This document shows, one piece after another, positions 1 to 10,194 of a stretch of DNA of 18,698 nt. The position numbers and the translations under genes are program-made. The stretch covers positions 1 through 18,698 of the forward strand of contig JAYGCM010000051.1 of the NCBI GenBank assembly GCA_046583355.1, in the 5' to 3' direction. Origin of the DNA: Deltaproteobacteria bacterium (GTDB lineage: Bacteria; Desulfobacterota; Binatia; UBA12015). Under the pieces are notes generated by a model, which saw only the letters and a list, made by a program, of their open reading frames with translations, was not told the DNA's origin and searched no databases. Positions within the stretch are counted from its first letter, which is position 1. The number at the start of each line of letters is the position of its first letter.

Positions 1-1334
<1,334 letters not shown>

Positions 1335-1440
1335 AATCGATGGTCCGAGCCGAAGCCCGAACACGATCCTAACAGGACCCAACATATGAAGCTCACTGGT
1401 TTGCCGATTCCACATCAGGAATCGGTGCGCTACTATTCAG

Positions 1441-1452
1441 TTTTCAAAGACC
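1441..1452 (-). promoter_or_regulatory. rRNA leader antitermination boxA
   Basis: The minus strand reads GGTCTTTGAAAA, a common variant of the TGCTCTTTAACA consensus. It lies between promoter P2 and the 16S 5' end. Confidence 0.8.
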
Positions 1453-1456
1453 GAGC

Positions 1457-1475
1457 CCCCGTCGAACCGACGAGG
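1457..1475 (-). promoter_or_regulatory. boxB-like hairpin in rRNA leader
   Basis: CCTCGTCG-GTT-CGACGGGG forms an 8-bp stem with one G-U pair, immediately 5' of boxA. Confidence 0.55.
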
Positions 1476-1481
1476 TTCCGT

Positions 1482-1510
1482 TTCTTAACGAACCGGAATT
1501 CCCTTGTCAA
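1482..1510 (-). promoter_or_regulatory. rrn promoter P2 (sigma70-type)
   Basis: TTGACA (1510-1505), a 17-bp spacer and TAAGAA (1487-1482), with an A-tract upstream. Confidence 0.8.
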
Positions 1511-1581
1511 CAGTGACTTTTTCGCTTATCAGAACCTCGACTGAGGTTTTGATTGCTGCCATCACGCTGCCGGGAGGAGGC

Positions 1582-1610
1582 TGTTTAGCCGGACGGTTTC
1601 GGCTTTTCAA
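1582..1610 (-). promoter_or_regulatory. rrn promoter P1 (sigma70-type)
   Basis: TTGAAA (1610-1605), a 17-bp spacer and TAAACA (1587-1582), followed by a GC-rich discriminator. Phased T-tracts lie upstream (1624-1650). Confidence 0.65.
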
Positions 1611-1649
1611 CTGCTTGGCCTGTAAAAAGCGCGAAAAAGACCGATCTTT

Positions 1650-2852
1650 TCAGCCCTCAAGATGAACCTGGGCCAGTCGCCGCTTGCCGACGGCCAGCAG
1701 AAGGTCGCCTGGGGCCTCCAGGCTGGCGTTCGGATCATTTGCCGTAGTGCCGTCGAGCTTCACCGCCCCCTGTGCGATCAGCCGCTTTGCGGCTCCGCCG
1801 GAGGCCGCAAAGCCTATGTGGACCACGAGTTTGGCGACCGTCAGGCCGGCGGCATCGGCGGCCGTGATGGTCACCTGATCGGGCTCAAAGGAGCGCCGGG
1901 CCTGAAAACGCTCCTCGAAATGATGTCTGGCGGCGATCGCAGCCTCGACGCCGTGGAACCGGGTGACGATTTCAGCGGCGAGGTCCTTCTTGGCATCCAT
2001 GGGGTGCCGACCGCTGGCGAGTACTGCCTTGATATCGGGGGTCGCCTCGCTCAAGAGCCGCGCCCAGCGCCCCATCAATTCGTCGGAGATCGACATCAGG
2101 CGACCGAAGGACTCGCGCGGGTCGTCGGCGATCCCGATGGCATTGCCCAGCGATTTGCTCATCTTCTTCTCGCCATCGGTCCCTTCGAGGAGGGGCATCG
2201 TCAGGACGATCTGGGGCGGACATTGGTAGGCGCGCTGGATCTCGCGCCCGACCAATAGGTTGAAGCTCTGATCGCTACCGCCCACCTCGACATCGGCGCG
2301 CAGGGCGACCGAGTCATAGGCCTGCACCAGCGGATAGAGGAATTCATGGATTCCGATCGCCCTCCCCTCGCGCAAGCGGTTGGCGAAATCGTCGCGCTCC
2401 ACCATCCGCGCCACCGTCATATGGGCACAAAGGCGGATCATATCGGCCCCGGTCATCGGGTCCATCCACTCCGAATTGAAGCGTACTTCGGTTTTTTCCC
2501 GATCGAGAACCTGGAAGACCTGCTCCTCATAGGTGCGCGCGTTGGCATGCACCTGGTCGCGGGTCAGCGCGCGACGCGTCTCGGATTTGCCGGTTGGGTC
2601 ACCGATCATGCCGGTGAAATCACCGATCAGGAAGATCACTTGGTGACCAAAACGCTGGAATTGCGCGAGCTTCTGGAGCACCACGGCGTGGCCGAGATGC
2701 AGATCCGGCGCGGAGGGGTCGGCGCCGAATTTCACCCGCAGCGGGCGTTTCTCCGCGCGGGCCTGCGCCAACTTCTTTGCCAACCCGCCGGACGGCAGCA
2801 CCTCGATCGTGCCGCCGCAAAGGATCTCCAATTCTTCGTCAACCGAGATCAT
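1650..2852 (-). CDS. tyrS: Tyrosine--tRNA ligase
   Basis: Contains KFGADPSAPDLHLGH (HIGH motif), EFLYPLVQAYDS, GGSDQ and KMSKS, plus a C-terminal S4-like domain. The start is set at ATG 2852 (MISVDEELE), which overlaps the ymdB stop as ATGA. The ORF-track extension to 3149 lies inside ymdB. Confidence 0.98.
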   Translation of the reverse strand: MISVDEELEILCGGTIEVLPSGGLAKKLAQARAEKRPLRVKFGADPSAPDLHLGHAVVLQKLAQFQRFGHQVIFLIGDFTGMIGDPTGKSETRRALTRDQVHANARTYEEQVFQVLDREKTEVRFNSEWMDPMTGADMIRLCAHMTVARMVERDDFANRLREGRAIGIHEFLYPLVQAYDSVALRADVEVGGSDQSFNLLVGREIQRAYQCPPQIVLTMPLLEGTDGEKKMSKSLGNAIGIADDPRESFGRLMSISDELMGRWARLLSEATPDIKAVLASGRHPMDAKKDLAAEIVTRFHGVEAAIAARHHFEERFQARRSFEPDQVTITAADAAGLTVAKLVVHIGFAASGGAAKRLIAQGAVKLDGTTANDPNASLEAPGDLLLAVGKRRLAQVHLEG

Positions 2853-3637
2853 CCCTCGCCCTCCAATTGGAGACGGCGGATATTCGTCGCCCGACCCGAG
2901 GCGATGTCGATATCCACGAACACCCCCTGGAGCAGGATCGGCCCCTTGGCCACCTCGAATCGCGCAGGCCGTTGCGAGAGAAAGCGCTCGATCACCTCCT
3001 GGCGGCGCTGCCCGATCACCGAACGTATCGGGCCGCACATTCCCGCATCGGTGAGGAACCCGGTGCCCTCGGGCAAGATGCGCTCGTCGGCGGTCTGCAC
3101 ATGGGTATGAGAGCCCACCACGAGCGAGACGCGGCCATCCAGATACCACCCCATGGCGGATTTCTCGGAGGTGGTCTCGGCATGCATATCGACCAGGACC
3201 ACATCCGCGTCACCGCGCATGCGCTCAAGTTCCGTGTCGGCGGCCCGGAAGGGGCAGTCGAAATCGCCCATGAAGACACGCCCGATGAGGTTCATCACGC
3301 CCATGCGGGTGCCGTCGCGCGCCGCCACTACGCTGCTGCCCCGGCCCGGGTTGCCGCGTGGAAAATTAGCCGGCCGGATCAGGCGTGGTTCGGATTCCAG
3401 GACCGGCTCAATCTCACGATGCTTCCAGATGTGGTTGCCGGTGGTGATCAGATCCAGCCCCGCGTCGAGCAATTCATCGACACCATTGGGATCGATCCCG
3501 CGGCCACCGCTGGCATTCTCACCGTTCCCGACGACGAAGCCGACATCCTCACGCTTGCGCAAGGAGCGCAGCTCCCTGCGCAGCACATTACGCGCGCCGC
3601 GACCGACAATATCGCCGAGATAAAGAACTCGCATCAT
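2849..3637 (-). CDS. ymdB: YmdB/TIGR00282-family metallophosphoesterase (2',3'-cyclic nucleotide phosphodiesterase)
   Basis: Contains GDIVG, NGENASGG, TTGNHIW, DMHAETTSEK, GSHTHVQTAD and GMCGP motifs. It sits in its usual position downstream of rny. Confidence 0.95.
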   Translation of the reverse strand: MMRVLYLGDIVGRGARNVLRRELRSLRKREDVGFVVGNGENASGGRGIDPNGVDELLDAGLDLITTGNHIWKHREIEPVLESEPRLIRPANFPRGNPGRGSSVVAARDGTRMGVMNLIGRVFMGDFDCPFRAADTELERMRGDADVVLVDMHAETTSEKSAMGWYLDGRVSLVVGSHTHVQTADERILPEGTGFLTDAGMCGPIRSVIGQRRQEVIERFLSQRPARFEVAKGPILLQGVFVDIDIASGRATNIRRLQLEGEG

Positions 3638-3661
3638 GAACCGCGAGTAGCGGCCCAGCCT

Positions 3662-5224
3662 CTAGCGCGCCACGTCACTGGACCGCGACTCGCGGATCAC
3701 CGTGACCTTGATCTGCCCCGGATAGGTCAGTTCGTCCTCGACCCGGCGCGCGATCTCGCGTGCCAGCTGCGCGGCGCGATCGTCGTCGACCTTGCGCGGC
3801 TCGACAAAGATCCGCACTTCTCGGCCGGCCTGCACGGCAAACGAACGGGTCACACCCTCGTAGCTCGAGGAGATCTTCTCGAGTTCCTCAAGCCGCTCGA
3901 CATAGCTCTCCAGCACCTCGCGGCGCGCCCCTGGCCGTGCGCCCGAAAGCGCGTCGGATGCGTCGACCAGCGGTGCCAGGACCGTTTCGGCCTGCACCTC
4001 TTCATGGTGCGCCGCGATCGCATTACAGACCTTCGACGACTCGCCGTATTTACGTGCGATAGCCCCGCCGATCAGGGCATGGGATCCCTCGACCTCATGC
4101 GTCAGAGATTTGCCGATATCGTGCAGCAGCGCCGCGCGTCGGGCCTGTTTCACGTTGAGGCCCAGCTCACCTGCCATCAGGCCGCAGATAAACGCGGCCT
4201 CGATCGAATGCGCCAGCACGTTCTGGCCGTAGCTGTAGCGGTAGCGCAACATGCCCAGGAGCTTCACCAATTCCTGGTGCACGCCATGCACGCCGACTTC
4301 GAAAAGCGCCTTCTGACCGGCCTCACGGACCGTATCTTCGACGTCCTTCTCTGATTTCCGCACGACATCTTCGATCCGGGCCGGGTGGATCCGCCCGTCG
4401 GAGACCAGCTTCTCGACCGCGATCTTGGCAATTTCGCGGCGCACCGGATTATGGCACGAGATCACGACCGTCTCGGGCGTATCGTCGATGATCAGGTCCA
4501 CTCCGGTCGCCGCCTCGATGGCGCGGATATTTCGCCCCTCGCGGCCGATCAGACGGCCTTTCATATCATCGGAAGGCAGCGAGACGACCGAGATCGAACG
4601 CTCGGCGACCCAGTCGCCGGCCAGTCGCGCGATGGCCTGTGCGACCACCTTGCGCCCTACCCGGTCGGCATCTTCCTTGGCTTCTTCCTCGATCTGGCGG
4701 ATACGCCGGCCAGCCGCGAGCTTCGCCTCGGAACTGATCTCCTCGATCAGCGACTCGCGTGCCTCGTCGCGCGTCAGTCCGGCCGATTGCTCCAACGAGA
4801 CCCGCATCTTCTCGATGGCGGCGGCGAGTTCGTCGCGTTCGCTCTCGAGCGATTTCTCTTGGTCCGTAGCGCGGCTTTCCCGCTTCTTGAGATCGCGACT
4901 GCGGTCTTCAAGCCGAGCGGATTTGCGCTCGAGGTCGACCTCCAGCCCACCAAGCTTCTTCTCGATCGCCTGCAAGGACCGGCGTTCCTCGCGGGTCTCG
5001 GTCTCGACCTTGCCTCGAGCGCGCACCAACTCATCGCGGTCCTGCATATCGGCCTCGCGACGAATCGCTTCGGCCTGCCGCTCGGCGTCCTCAAGCGCAC
5101 GCCGCGCCTGCTCGGCGGCAGTGCGGGTTTCGCCAAGCAGCCGTTGCCGCCCCATCAGATACACAGCCCCGGCGACCGCCGCAGCGAGAATAAAGCCGAG
5201 TGCCCCGGCGGGAAGATTGCCCAA
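3662..5224 (-). CDS. rny: Ribonuclease Y
   Basis: N-terminal TM helix, long coiled coil, KH domain (MKGRLIGREGRNIR), HD domain (LLHDIGK), and C-terminal AVQAGREVR and YPGQIKVTVIRE. TTG start with GGAG upstream. Confidence 0.98.
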   Translation of the reverse strand: MGNLPAGALGFILAAAVAGAVYLMGRQRLLGETRTAAEQARRALEDAERQAEAIRREADMQDRDELVRARGKVETETREERRSLQAIEKKLGGLEVDLERKSARLEDRSRDLKKRESRATDQEKSLESERDELAAAIEKMRVSLEQSAGLTRDEARESLIEEISSEAKLAAGRRIRQIEEEAKEDADRVGRKVVAQAIARLAGDWVAERSISVVSLPSDDMKGRLIGREGRNIRAIEAATGVDLIIDDTPETVVISCHNPVRREIAKIAVEKLVSDGRIHPARIEDVVRKSEKDVEDTVREAGQKALFEVGVHGVHQELVKLLGMLRYRYSYGQNVLAHSIEAAFICGLMAGELGLNVKQARRAALLHDIGKSLTHEVEGSHALIGGAIARKYGESSKVCNAIAAHHEEVQAETVLAPLVDASDALSGARPGARREVLESYVERLEELEKISSSYEGVTRSFAVQAGREVRIFVEPRKVDDDRAAQLAREIARRVEDELTYPGQIKVTVIRESRSSDVAR

Positions 5225-5288
5225 TGGTCTACTCCAGTACTACGCAGGCCGGGGCTTACGGGCTGGCAAGCCCACGGCAGACGCGAAT

Positions 5289-5317
5289 ATTATATTTTTT
5301 TCGAATACGAGCGGCCA
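5289..5317 (-). promoter_or_regulatory. Putative rny promoter
   Basis: A perfect TATAAT preceded by an A7 tract forms an AT-rich island in otherwise GC-rich DNA. The -35 is weak (TGGCCG at 17 bp). Confidence 0.5.
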
Positions 5318-5362
5318 CGCCGGTCGTTCTACCTGCACGCTACGAAGTCGCGCCGGGATGTG

Positions 5363-6454
5363 TCAAGCCGGAGGGCTCGCCGGCTCCGGCAAAAGACCTG
5401 TGAGAAAGGCCTCCGGGTCGAAGGGTTGCAGGTCGGCCGCCCCCTCGCCGAGCCCGACAAAGCGGATCGGCAAACCCAATTCGCTGCGCACAGCGACCGC
5501 CATCCCGCCACGCGCCGATCCATCGAGTTTGGTCAGAACTACGCCGGCGACATCCACGATCGCGGAAAAAGCCCGCGCCTGCGCCAGGGCATTCTGCCCC
5601 GTCGTCGCGTCGAGAATGAGCAGGACATCATGCGGAGCACCGGGCACTACCCGCCCGATGACGCGATTCACCTTTTTCAGCTCTTCCATCAGGTTCACTT
5701 TGGTATGCAGGCGGCCGGCCGTGTCGATCAATACGATATCGACTCCGCGCGCCTTGGCCGCCTCGAGGCCATCGAAGACCACCGCCGAGGGGTCGGAGCC
5801 GGGGGCCTGCCGTACAATATCGGCGCCGCTTCGCTCGGCCCAGATCGCCAACTGATCGGCCGCTGCGGCACGGAAGGTATCGCCCGCAATCAACAGGACG
5901 CGACGCCCGGCGGCCGCATGCCGCGCCGCCAATTTGCCGATGGTCGTCGTCTTGCCGACGCCATTTACGCCCACCACCAGCTGGACCCAGGGCCCCTGCG
6001 GCCGACCGATCTCTTCGGCCACCATCGGCCCCAGCAGCGCGCGAATCTCCTCGCGCAAGGCATTCTCCAACGCGCGACCATCGGCCGCGGCGCCGAGCCG
6101 GTCGCGCACGGCGCCAACCAGACGAGTGGCCGCCACAACGCCCACATCGCTCGCGATCAGGGCCTCCTCCAGCCCGTCCATCAATTTGGCGTCGGCCGGA
6201 TTGCCGGCAAGAAGGTCGCGCAGACGCCCGGCCAAGGCCCCGCGGCTGCGGGCCAGACCGCGCGCGAAGCGGTCGCCCTGCGTGAGCGTCGGTTCGTCTT
6301 CCGGGACCGCCGTCGTTTCCCGAGCGCTTCGCTCCGTGGCGGCCGGGGCCGCCATCTCCGCATCCGGGCGGCGCCACTCGGCGGCCAGCGCAACCAGCAA
6401 GCAGAGCAGCCATGCGCCCCCCCATACCCATAGGGAGATCGGCACCTCGGTCAT
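5363..6454 (-). CDS. ftsY: SRP receptor FtsY with N-terminal hydrophobic segment
   Basis: Contains GVNGVGKTTT, DTFRAAA, DTAGR, DATTGQN, TKLDGSARGG and GLGEG motifs of the SRP GTPase NG domain. The start is ATG 6454 or TTG 6457. Confidence 0.97.
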   Translation of the reverse strand: MTEVPISLWVWGGAWLLCLLVALAAEWRRPDAEMAAPAATERSARETTAVPEDEPTLTQGDRFARGLARSRGALAGRLRDLLAGNPADAKLMDGLEEALIASDVGVVAATRLVGAVRDRLGAAADGRALENALREEIRALLGPMVAEEIGRPQGPWVQLVVGVNGVGKTTTIGKLAARHAAAGRRVLLIAGDTFRAAAADQLAIWAERSGADIVRQAPGSDPSAVVFDGLEAAKARGVDIVLIDTAGRLHTKVNLMEELKKVNRVIGRVVPGAPHDVLLILDATTGQNALAQARAFSAIVDVAGVVLTKLDGSARGGMAVAVRSELGLPIRFVGLGEGAADLQPFDPEAFLTGLLPEPASPPA

Positions 6455-6469
6455 CAAAAGGGTCCCCGG

Positions 6470-9400
6470 TCAGGCCGAAGCGGCCAATTCGCCGTCGACG
6501 GCCTTGTTGATTTCGTCGATCTGCACCGAGACGATCTGCGAGACTCCCGGCTCCGGCATGGTCACTCCGTAGAGCGAATCGGCCTGCTCCATGGTGCGCG
6601 GCTTATGCGTGATGATGAGGAATTGGGTATCCGCGCTCAACCGCTTCAACAAAGAGCTGAACCGACCGACGTTCGTATCGTCGAGCGGCGCATCCACCTC
6701 ATCGAGCAAGCAGAAGGGCGGCGGGCGCAACTGGAAAAGCGCCATGATCAGGCTGACGGCCGTCAGCGAGCGCTCACCACCGGAGAGCATCTCCAGGCTC
6801 CGCACGGCCTTGCCCGGCGGTTGTGCGACGATCTCCACGCCGGTTTCCATCAGATTATTCGGCTGCGTGAGAACCAGGTCCGCCGTGCCACCACGGAAGA
6901 GTTCCTTGAAGGTCTTGCCGAAAAGCTCGCGCGCCTGATCGAAGGTATCTTTGAAGCGAGTGCGCGTCGTGCGGCTGAGTTCGCCGATGGTCTTGCGCAG
7001 ATCCTCCATCGAAGCTTCCAAATCGCCGCGTTGGTTCTGCAGAAAATCGAAACGCTCTGCCAATTCCTGAGCATCGGCGATGGCCGTGATATTGACCGCT
7101 CCCAGGCGTTCAATTCGTGTCTTGATTACGGTGGCGCGCTCCGCAGCGATTTCCGCGTCGAAGTCTTCCGGCACCTGAACATCGGCGACAACGACCTCGT
7201 AGCGTTCGGTTGCGGACTCCTCGATCCCTTCGATCTGTGCATCCAGGGAGGCAATCCGAACCTCGAGTTGGCCGATACGATCGCGGTGCGAGTCGCGCTC
7301 GGTGCGCGCATCACCGACCTCGCCCTCGAAGCGAGCCAAGTCGGCCGCGATTTCTCGCGCCTCGGTGCGGGCACGCTCGACTGCGGCCTCCCTCGTCGCG
7401 TGCTCGGAACGCGCGACCTCGCATTGCTCGTTGAGCGTAACCAAAGCCGCGGCCGCGCGATCGCGTTCGCTCTCCAAACGCCCGACCTCTTCTTCAATCG
7501 AACGGCGCCGCGCGACAACCACCTCATGCGAATGCTGCTGGCGGGCCTGGTCGGCCACCGCCTGCGTCACCACCTGGCGGCTTTCCGCCAGCACCTGGCG
7601 CGCCTCATCTCGACCACCCGAGGCGGCCTCGAAGCTCTGACGCGAGGATTCGAGGCCCATCGCCGCCTCGTCGAGGCACCGCTGGGCGCTTCCTTCCCGC
7701 ACCTGCGCCGCCGTCGCTTCTTCTTCGATCGCAAGCGACCGAGCCTGTGCCTCGTTGAGCGCGGCGCCGGCAATGCGCAGCTCTTCTTCGGTCTCGACGA
7801 TCCGGGCGTCCGCGGCGGCGCGCTCGCGGCGTGCCCCCGCCAGTGCATGCTCGGCCGCAACCAATTCCAAGGTCGCGTCATGTGCGCGCGCATCGATTTG
7901 TTGCAGGCCTTCACCTGACGCAGCGCATGCCTGGCGTGCGACGACCAGACGTTCTTCGAGCGAGGCAAGCGTCGCCTCATCGCGCAGCTGCTGCTCTTCG
8001 AGCTCGGCCAGCACGCGACGCCTCTCCAGCAGATCGACCCCTTCGGGCACCTGCCCGCCGGTCACCACGCCTCGTTCATCGACAAGATCGCCGGCCCGCG
8101 TCACCCAGAGTCCGCCGCGCGGCGACGCGCGGAAGGCCGAGACAGCCGTCGCAAGATCGTCAGCGAGCATCACGTGGCCGAAGAGTGACTCGACTATATT
8201 CTCGAAACCCTGGCGTGCCTCCACCAGATCACTCAGCCGCCGGCAACCCGGCGTATTCAGAGCGCCCGCGCAGGCCGGAGCACCGCTACGCGGCACAAAG
8301 GAGATCCGCCCCTCGCCGATATTGCGCAGCGCTTCGGCCAGACGGGCGCCGTCTTCAGGCCCCTCGACGACCGCTCCTCGCAGCACATCGCCCAGGACCG
8401 CGGCGACAGCCGGCTCCAGGTCCGCCGGAATTCCGAGTGTGTCGACCAGCAATCCGAGCGGCCCATCGTCGCGCTCCAGGATGGAATCGATCCCGTCAGC
8501 AAAGCCGTCGAGCGAGCGTTCCCGCTCGCGCAAGCCGTCGATCCGCCCGCGCACATGCAACTGCGTTTCGCGCAGGCCGGCCTGGGTTTCTTCGAGACGG
8601 CGCATCTCATCTTCGCAGACTCGCAAGGTCTCGGCCGCGCTTTTGCGGTCGTCCTCGAGTCGCCCATGTTCGCTCCGCGCAGCCAATTCGCGTTCGCTCG
8701 CCGCATCGACCTGCTGGGTCGCCGAGGCCAGCTCGGCACGACGGCCGGCACGACGGTCTTCGATCCGCGCGCCCTCTTCCCCCATGCTGCGCACGCGCGC
8801 CGCAACCTCGGCGCGGCGTGCGTCGACCGAAGCCAATTGCGCCCGCGCCTCACCCAACTCATGCCGCGCAGCGCCGCAGGCCGTCTCGGCCGTTTCAAAT
8901 GCGGGAGCCGCTTCACGCAGGGCCATATCGGCGCGTTCGAGTTCCTGCTCCGCGCTGCGGAGAATTTCCTCGGAAGATTGACGAGCAACCGACGCCGCCT
9001 CGAGAGCAGCGGCGAGTTCGGCGGCCTGAGCGGCCAGCCCTTCATCTTCGGCGCGGACGCGCGTCACGCGTTCCTCCACGCCACCGATCGTCTCGCGGCT
9101 CGCGGTCGCTCGTTCGGTTGCCCGCACGACGGCCGACGCGACATCAGCAAGCGCGGCAAACATCTGCTCGATCGCCTGCTGCGTCTCGCGGTCGCGGACC
9201 TGCACCTCGTCGCGCCGCACGACAAACTCGCCCAGGCGGCGTTCGATCTCTTCGGCCTGTCCGGAAAACCCGGTCAGGTCCTCGCGGTGGCCGTGCCGCT
9301 CTTCGGCGAGATGCTGAAAACGGATGCCAGAGAGATAGATCTCGACATCGCGCAACTCAGCCTCAAGGCGCTTGAACTCCTCGGCACGTTTGGCCTGGCG

Positions 9401-10054
9401 CTGCAGCGCGCCGAGTTGGCGCTCGATCTCGCGCATCACGTCGCTCACGCGGGCCAGGTTCTCGGTGGTCCGGTCGAGCTTTCTCTCGGCCGCGATCTTG
9501 CGGACGCGAAAACGCGTCGTACCCGCAGCCTCCTCAATGAAGAGGCGGACTGTCTCGGGTTTGGCGTTGACGAGCTGCATCACCCGCCCCTGCTCGATCA
9601 TGGCGTAGGCCTTCAGGCCGAGGCCGCTGCCGAGGAAAATCTCGGTGATATCGCGCAAGCGGGCTGGCGCCTGGTTCACGAGGTATTGCGAATCGCCGTT
9701 GCGGTCGATCCGACGGGTGACACTGAACTCGGAAAGGCGCGCAATCTGCGCTGCCAGGCCTTCCTCTTCTCCGGTCGGCGCGTCGCCATCCCCGGTACGC
9801 TCGAAGGTGAGCGTCACCTCGGCGAAGTTCAACGCCTGGCTGGCGTCATTGCCGCAAAAGATGATGTCGGACATGTCGCGCGCGCGCAGGTTCTTCACGC
9901 TCTGCTCGCCCAAAGCCCAGCGAATCGCATCGGCTACATTGGATTTCCCGCAACCATTCGGGCCAACAATGCCGTTCAGGCCCGGCTCGAACCGGAGCTT
10001 TGTCGGATCTCTAAAGGACTTGAACCCGACCAAGTCGATCTCACGAATGCGCAA
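6470..10054 (-). CDS. smc: Chromosome segregation protein SMC
   Basis: GFKSF, Walker A GPNGCGKSN, two coiled coils around a hinge (GDLVDERGVVTGG), signature LSGGE and Walker B/D-loop LLDEVDAPLD. TTG start with GGAGGTG upstream. Confidence 0.98.
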   Translation of the reverse strand: MRIREIDLVGFKSFRDPTKLRFEPGLNGIVGPNGCGKSNVADAIRWALGEQSVKNLRARDMSDIIFCGNDASQALNFAEVTLTFERTGDGDAPTGEEEGLAAQIARLSEFSVTRRIDRNGDSQYLVNQAPARLRDITEIFLGSGLGLKAYAMIEQGRVMQLVNAKPETVRLFIEEAAGTTRFRVRKIAAERKLDRTTENLARVSDVMREIERQLGALQRQAKRAEEFKRLEAELRDVEIYLSGIRFQHLAEERHGHREDLTGFSGQAEEIERRLGEFVVRRDEVQVRDRETQQAIEQMFAALADVASAVVRATERATASRETIGGVEERVTRVRAEDEGLAAQAAELAAALEAASVARQSSEEILRSAEQELERADMALREAAPAFETAETACGAARHELGEARAQLASVDARRAEVAARVRSMGEEGARIEDRRAGRRAELASATQQVDAASERELAARSEHGRLEDDRKSAAETLRVCEDEMRRLEETQAGLRETQLHVRGRIDGLRERERSLDGFADGIDSILERDDGPLGLLVDTLGIPADLEPAVAAVLGDVLRGAVVEGPEDGARLAEALRNIGEGRISFVPRSGAPACAGALNTPGCRRLSDLVEARQGFENIVESLFGHVMLADDLATAVSAFRASPRGGLWVTRAGDLVDERGVVTGGQVPEGVDLLERRRVLAELEEQQLRDEATLASLEERLVVARQACAASGEGLQQIDARAHDATLELVAAEHALAGARRERAAADARIVETEEELRIAGAALNEAQARSLAIEEEATAAQVREGSAQRCLDEAAMGLESSRQSFEAASGGRDEARQVLAESRQVVTQAVADQARQQHSHEVVVARRRSIEEEVGRLESERDRAAAALVTLNEQCEVARSEHATREAAVERARTEAREIAADLARFEGEVGDARTERDSHRDRIGQLEVRIASLDAQIEGIEESATERYEVVVADVQVPEDFDAEIAAERATVIKTRIERLGAVNITAIADAQELAERFDFLQNQRGDLEASMEDLRKTIGELSRTTRTRFKDTFDQARELFGKTFKELFRGGTADLVLTQPNNLMETGVEIVAQPPGKAVRSLEMLSGGERSLTAVSLIMALFQLRPPPFCLLDEVDAPLDDTNVGRFSSLLKRLSADTQFLIITHKPRTMEQADSLYGVTMPEPGVSQIVSVQIDEINKAVDGELAASA

Positions 10055-10120
10055 ACATCACCTCCACACAAACCTCTGCCCGCCACGACGTGAATTCGCG
10101 GCGCGCTTCTCCCTCTTCCT

Positions 10121-10168
10121 ATCCAATATCTTGTGGTCCTAGTCAACCCGGGGCACTAGATATTGGGG
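10121..10168. promoter_or_regulatory. Tandem NrdR-box-like operator upstream of smc
   Basis: atcCAATATCTTGtgg (10121-10136) and gcaCTAGATATTGggg (10153-10168) both fit acaCwAtATaTwGtg. They are 32 bp apart and flank a minus-strand TTGACT (10146-10141). Confidence 0.75.
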
Positions 10169-10194
10169 ATTTCCGGACAAATCCCGGCAAAGAC

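Noticed and set aside
2853..3149. 99-aa N-terminal extension of TyrS in the ORF track
   Set aside because: It overlaps ymdB in another frame. The ATGA-coupled start at 2852 gives a normal-length TyrS.
4146..4161. parS-like TGTTTCACGT near smc
   Set aside because: Only the first 10 bases match TGTTTCACGTGAAACA. The second arm reads TGAGGC, so the palindrome is missing, and it lies in rny coding sequence.
5225..5362. 6S RNA at its expected syntenic position
   Set aside because: The gap is only 138 bp and includes a promoter and RBS. I could not fold a long rod with a central bubble, so it is not called without a covariance search.
2777..10093. Long plus-strand ORFs (525, 682, 476, 437, 514 and 512 aa) opposite ymdB, rny, ftsY and smc
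   Set aside because: These are antisense or alternative-frame shadows expected from high-GC codon bias. They have no recognisable motifs.
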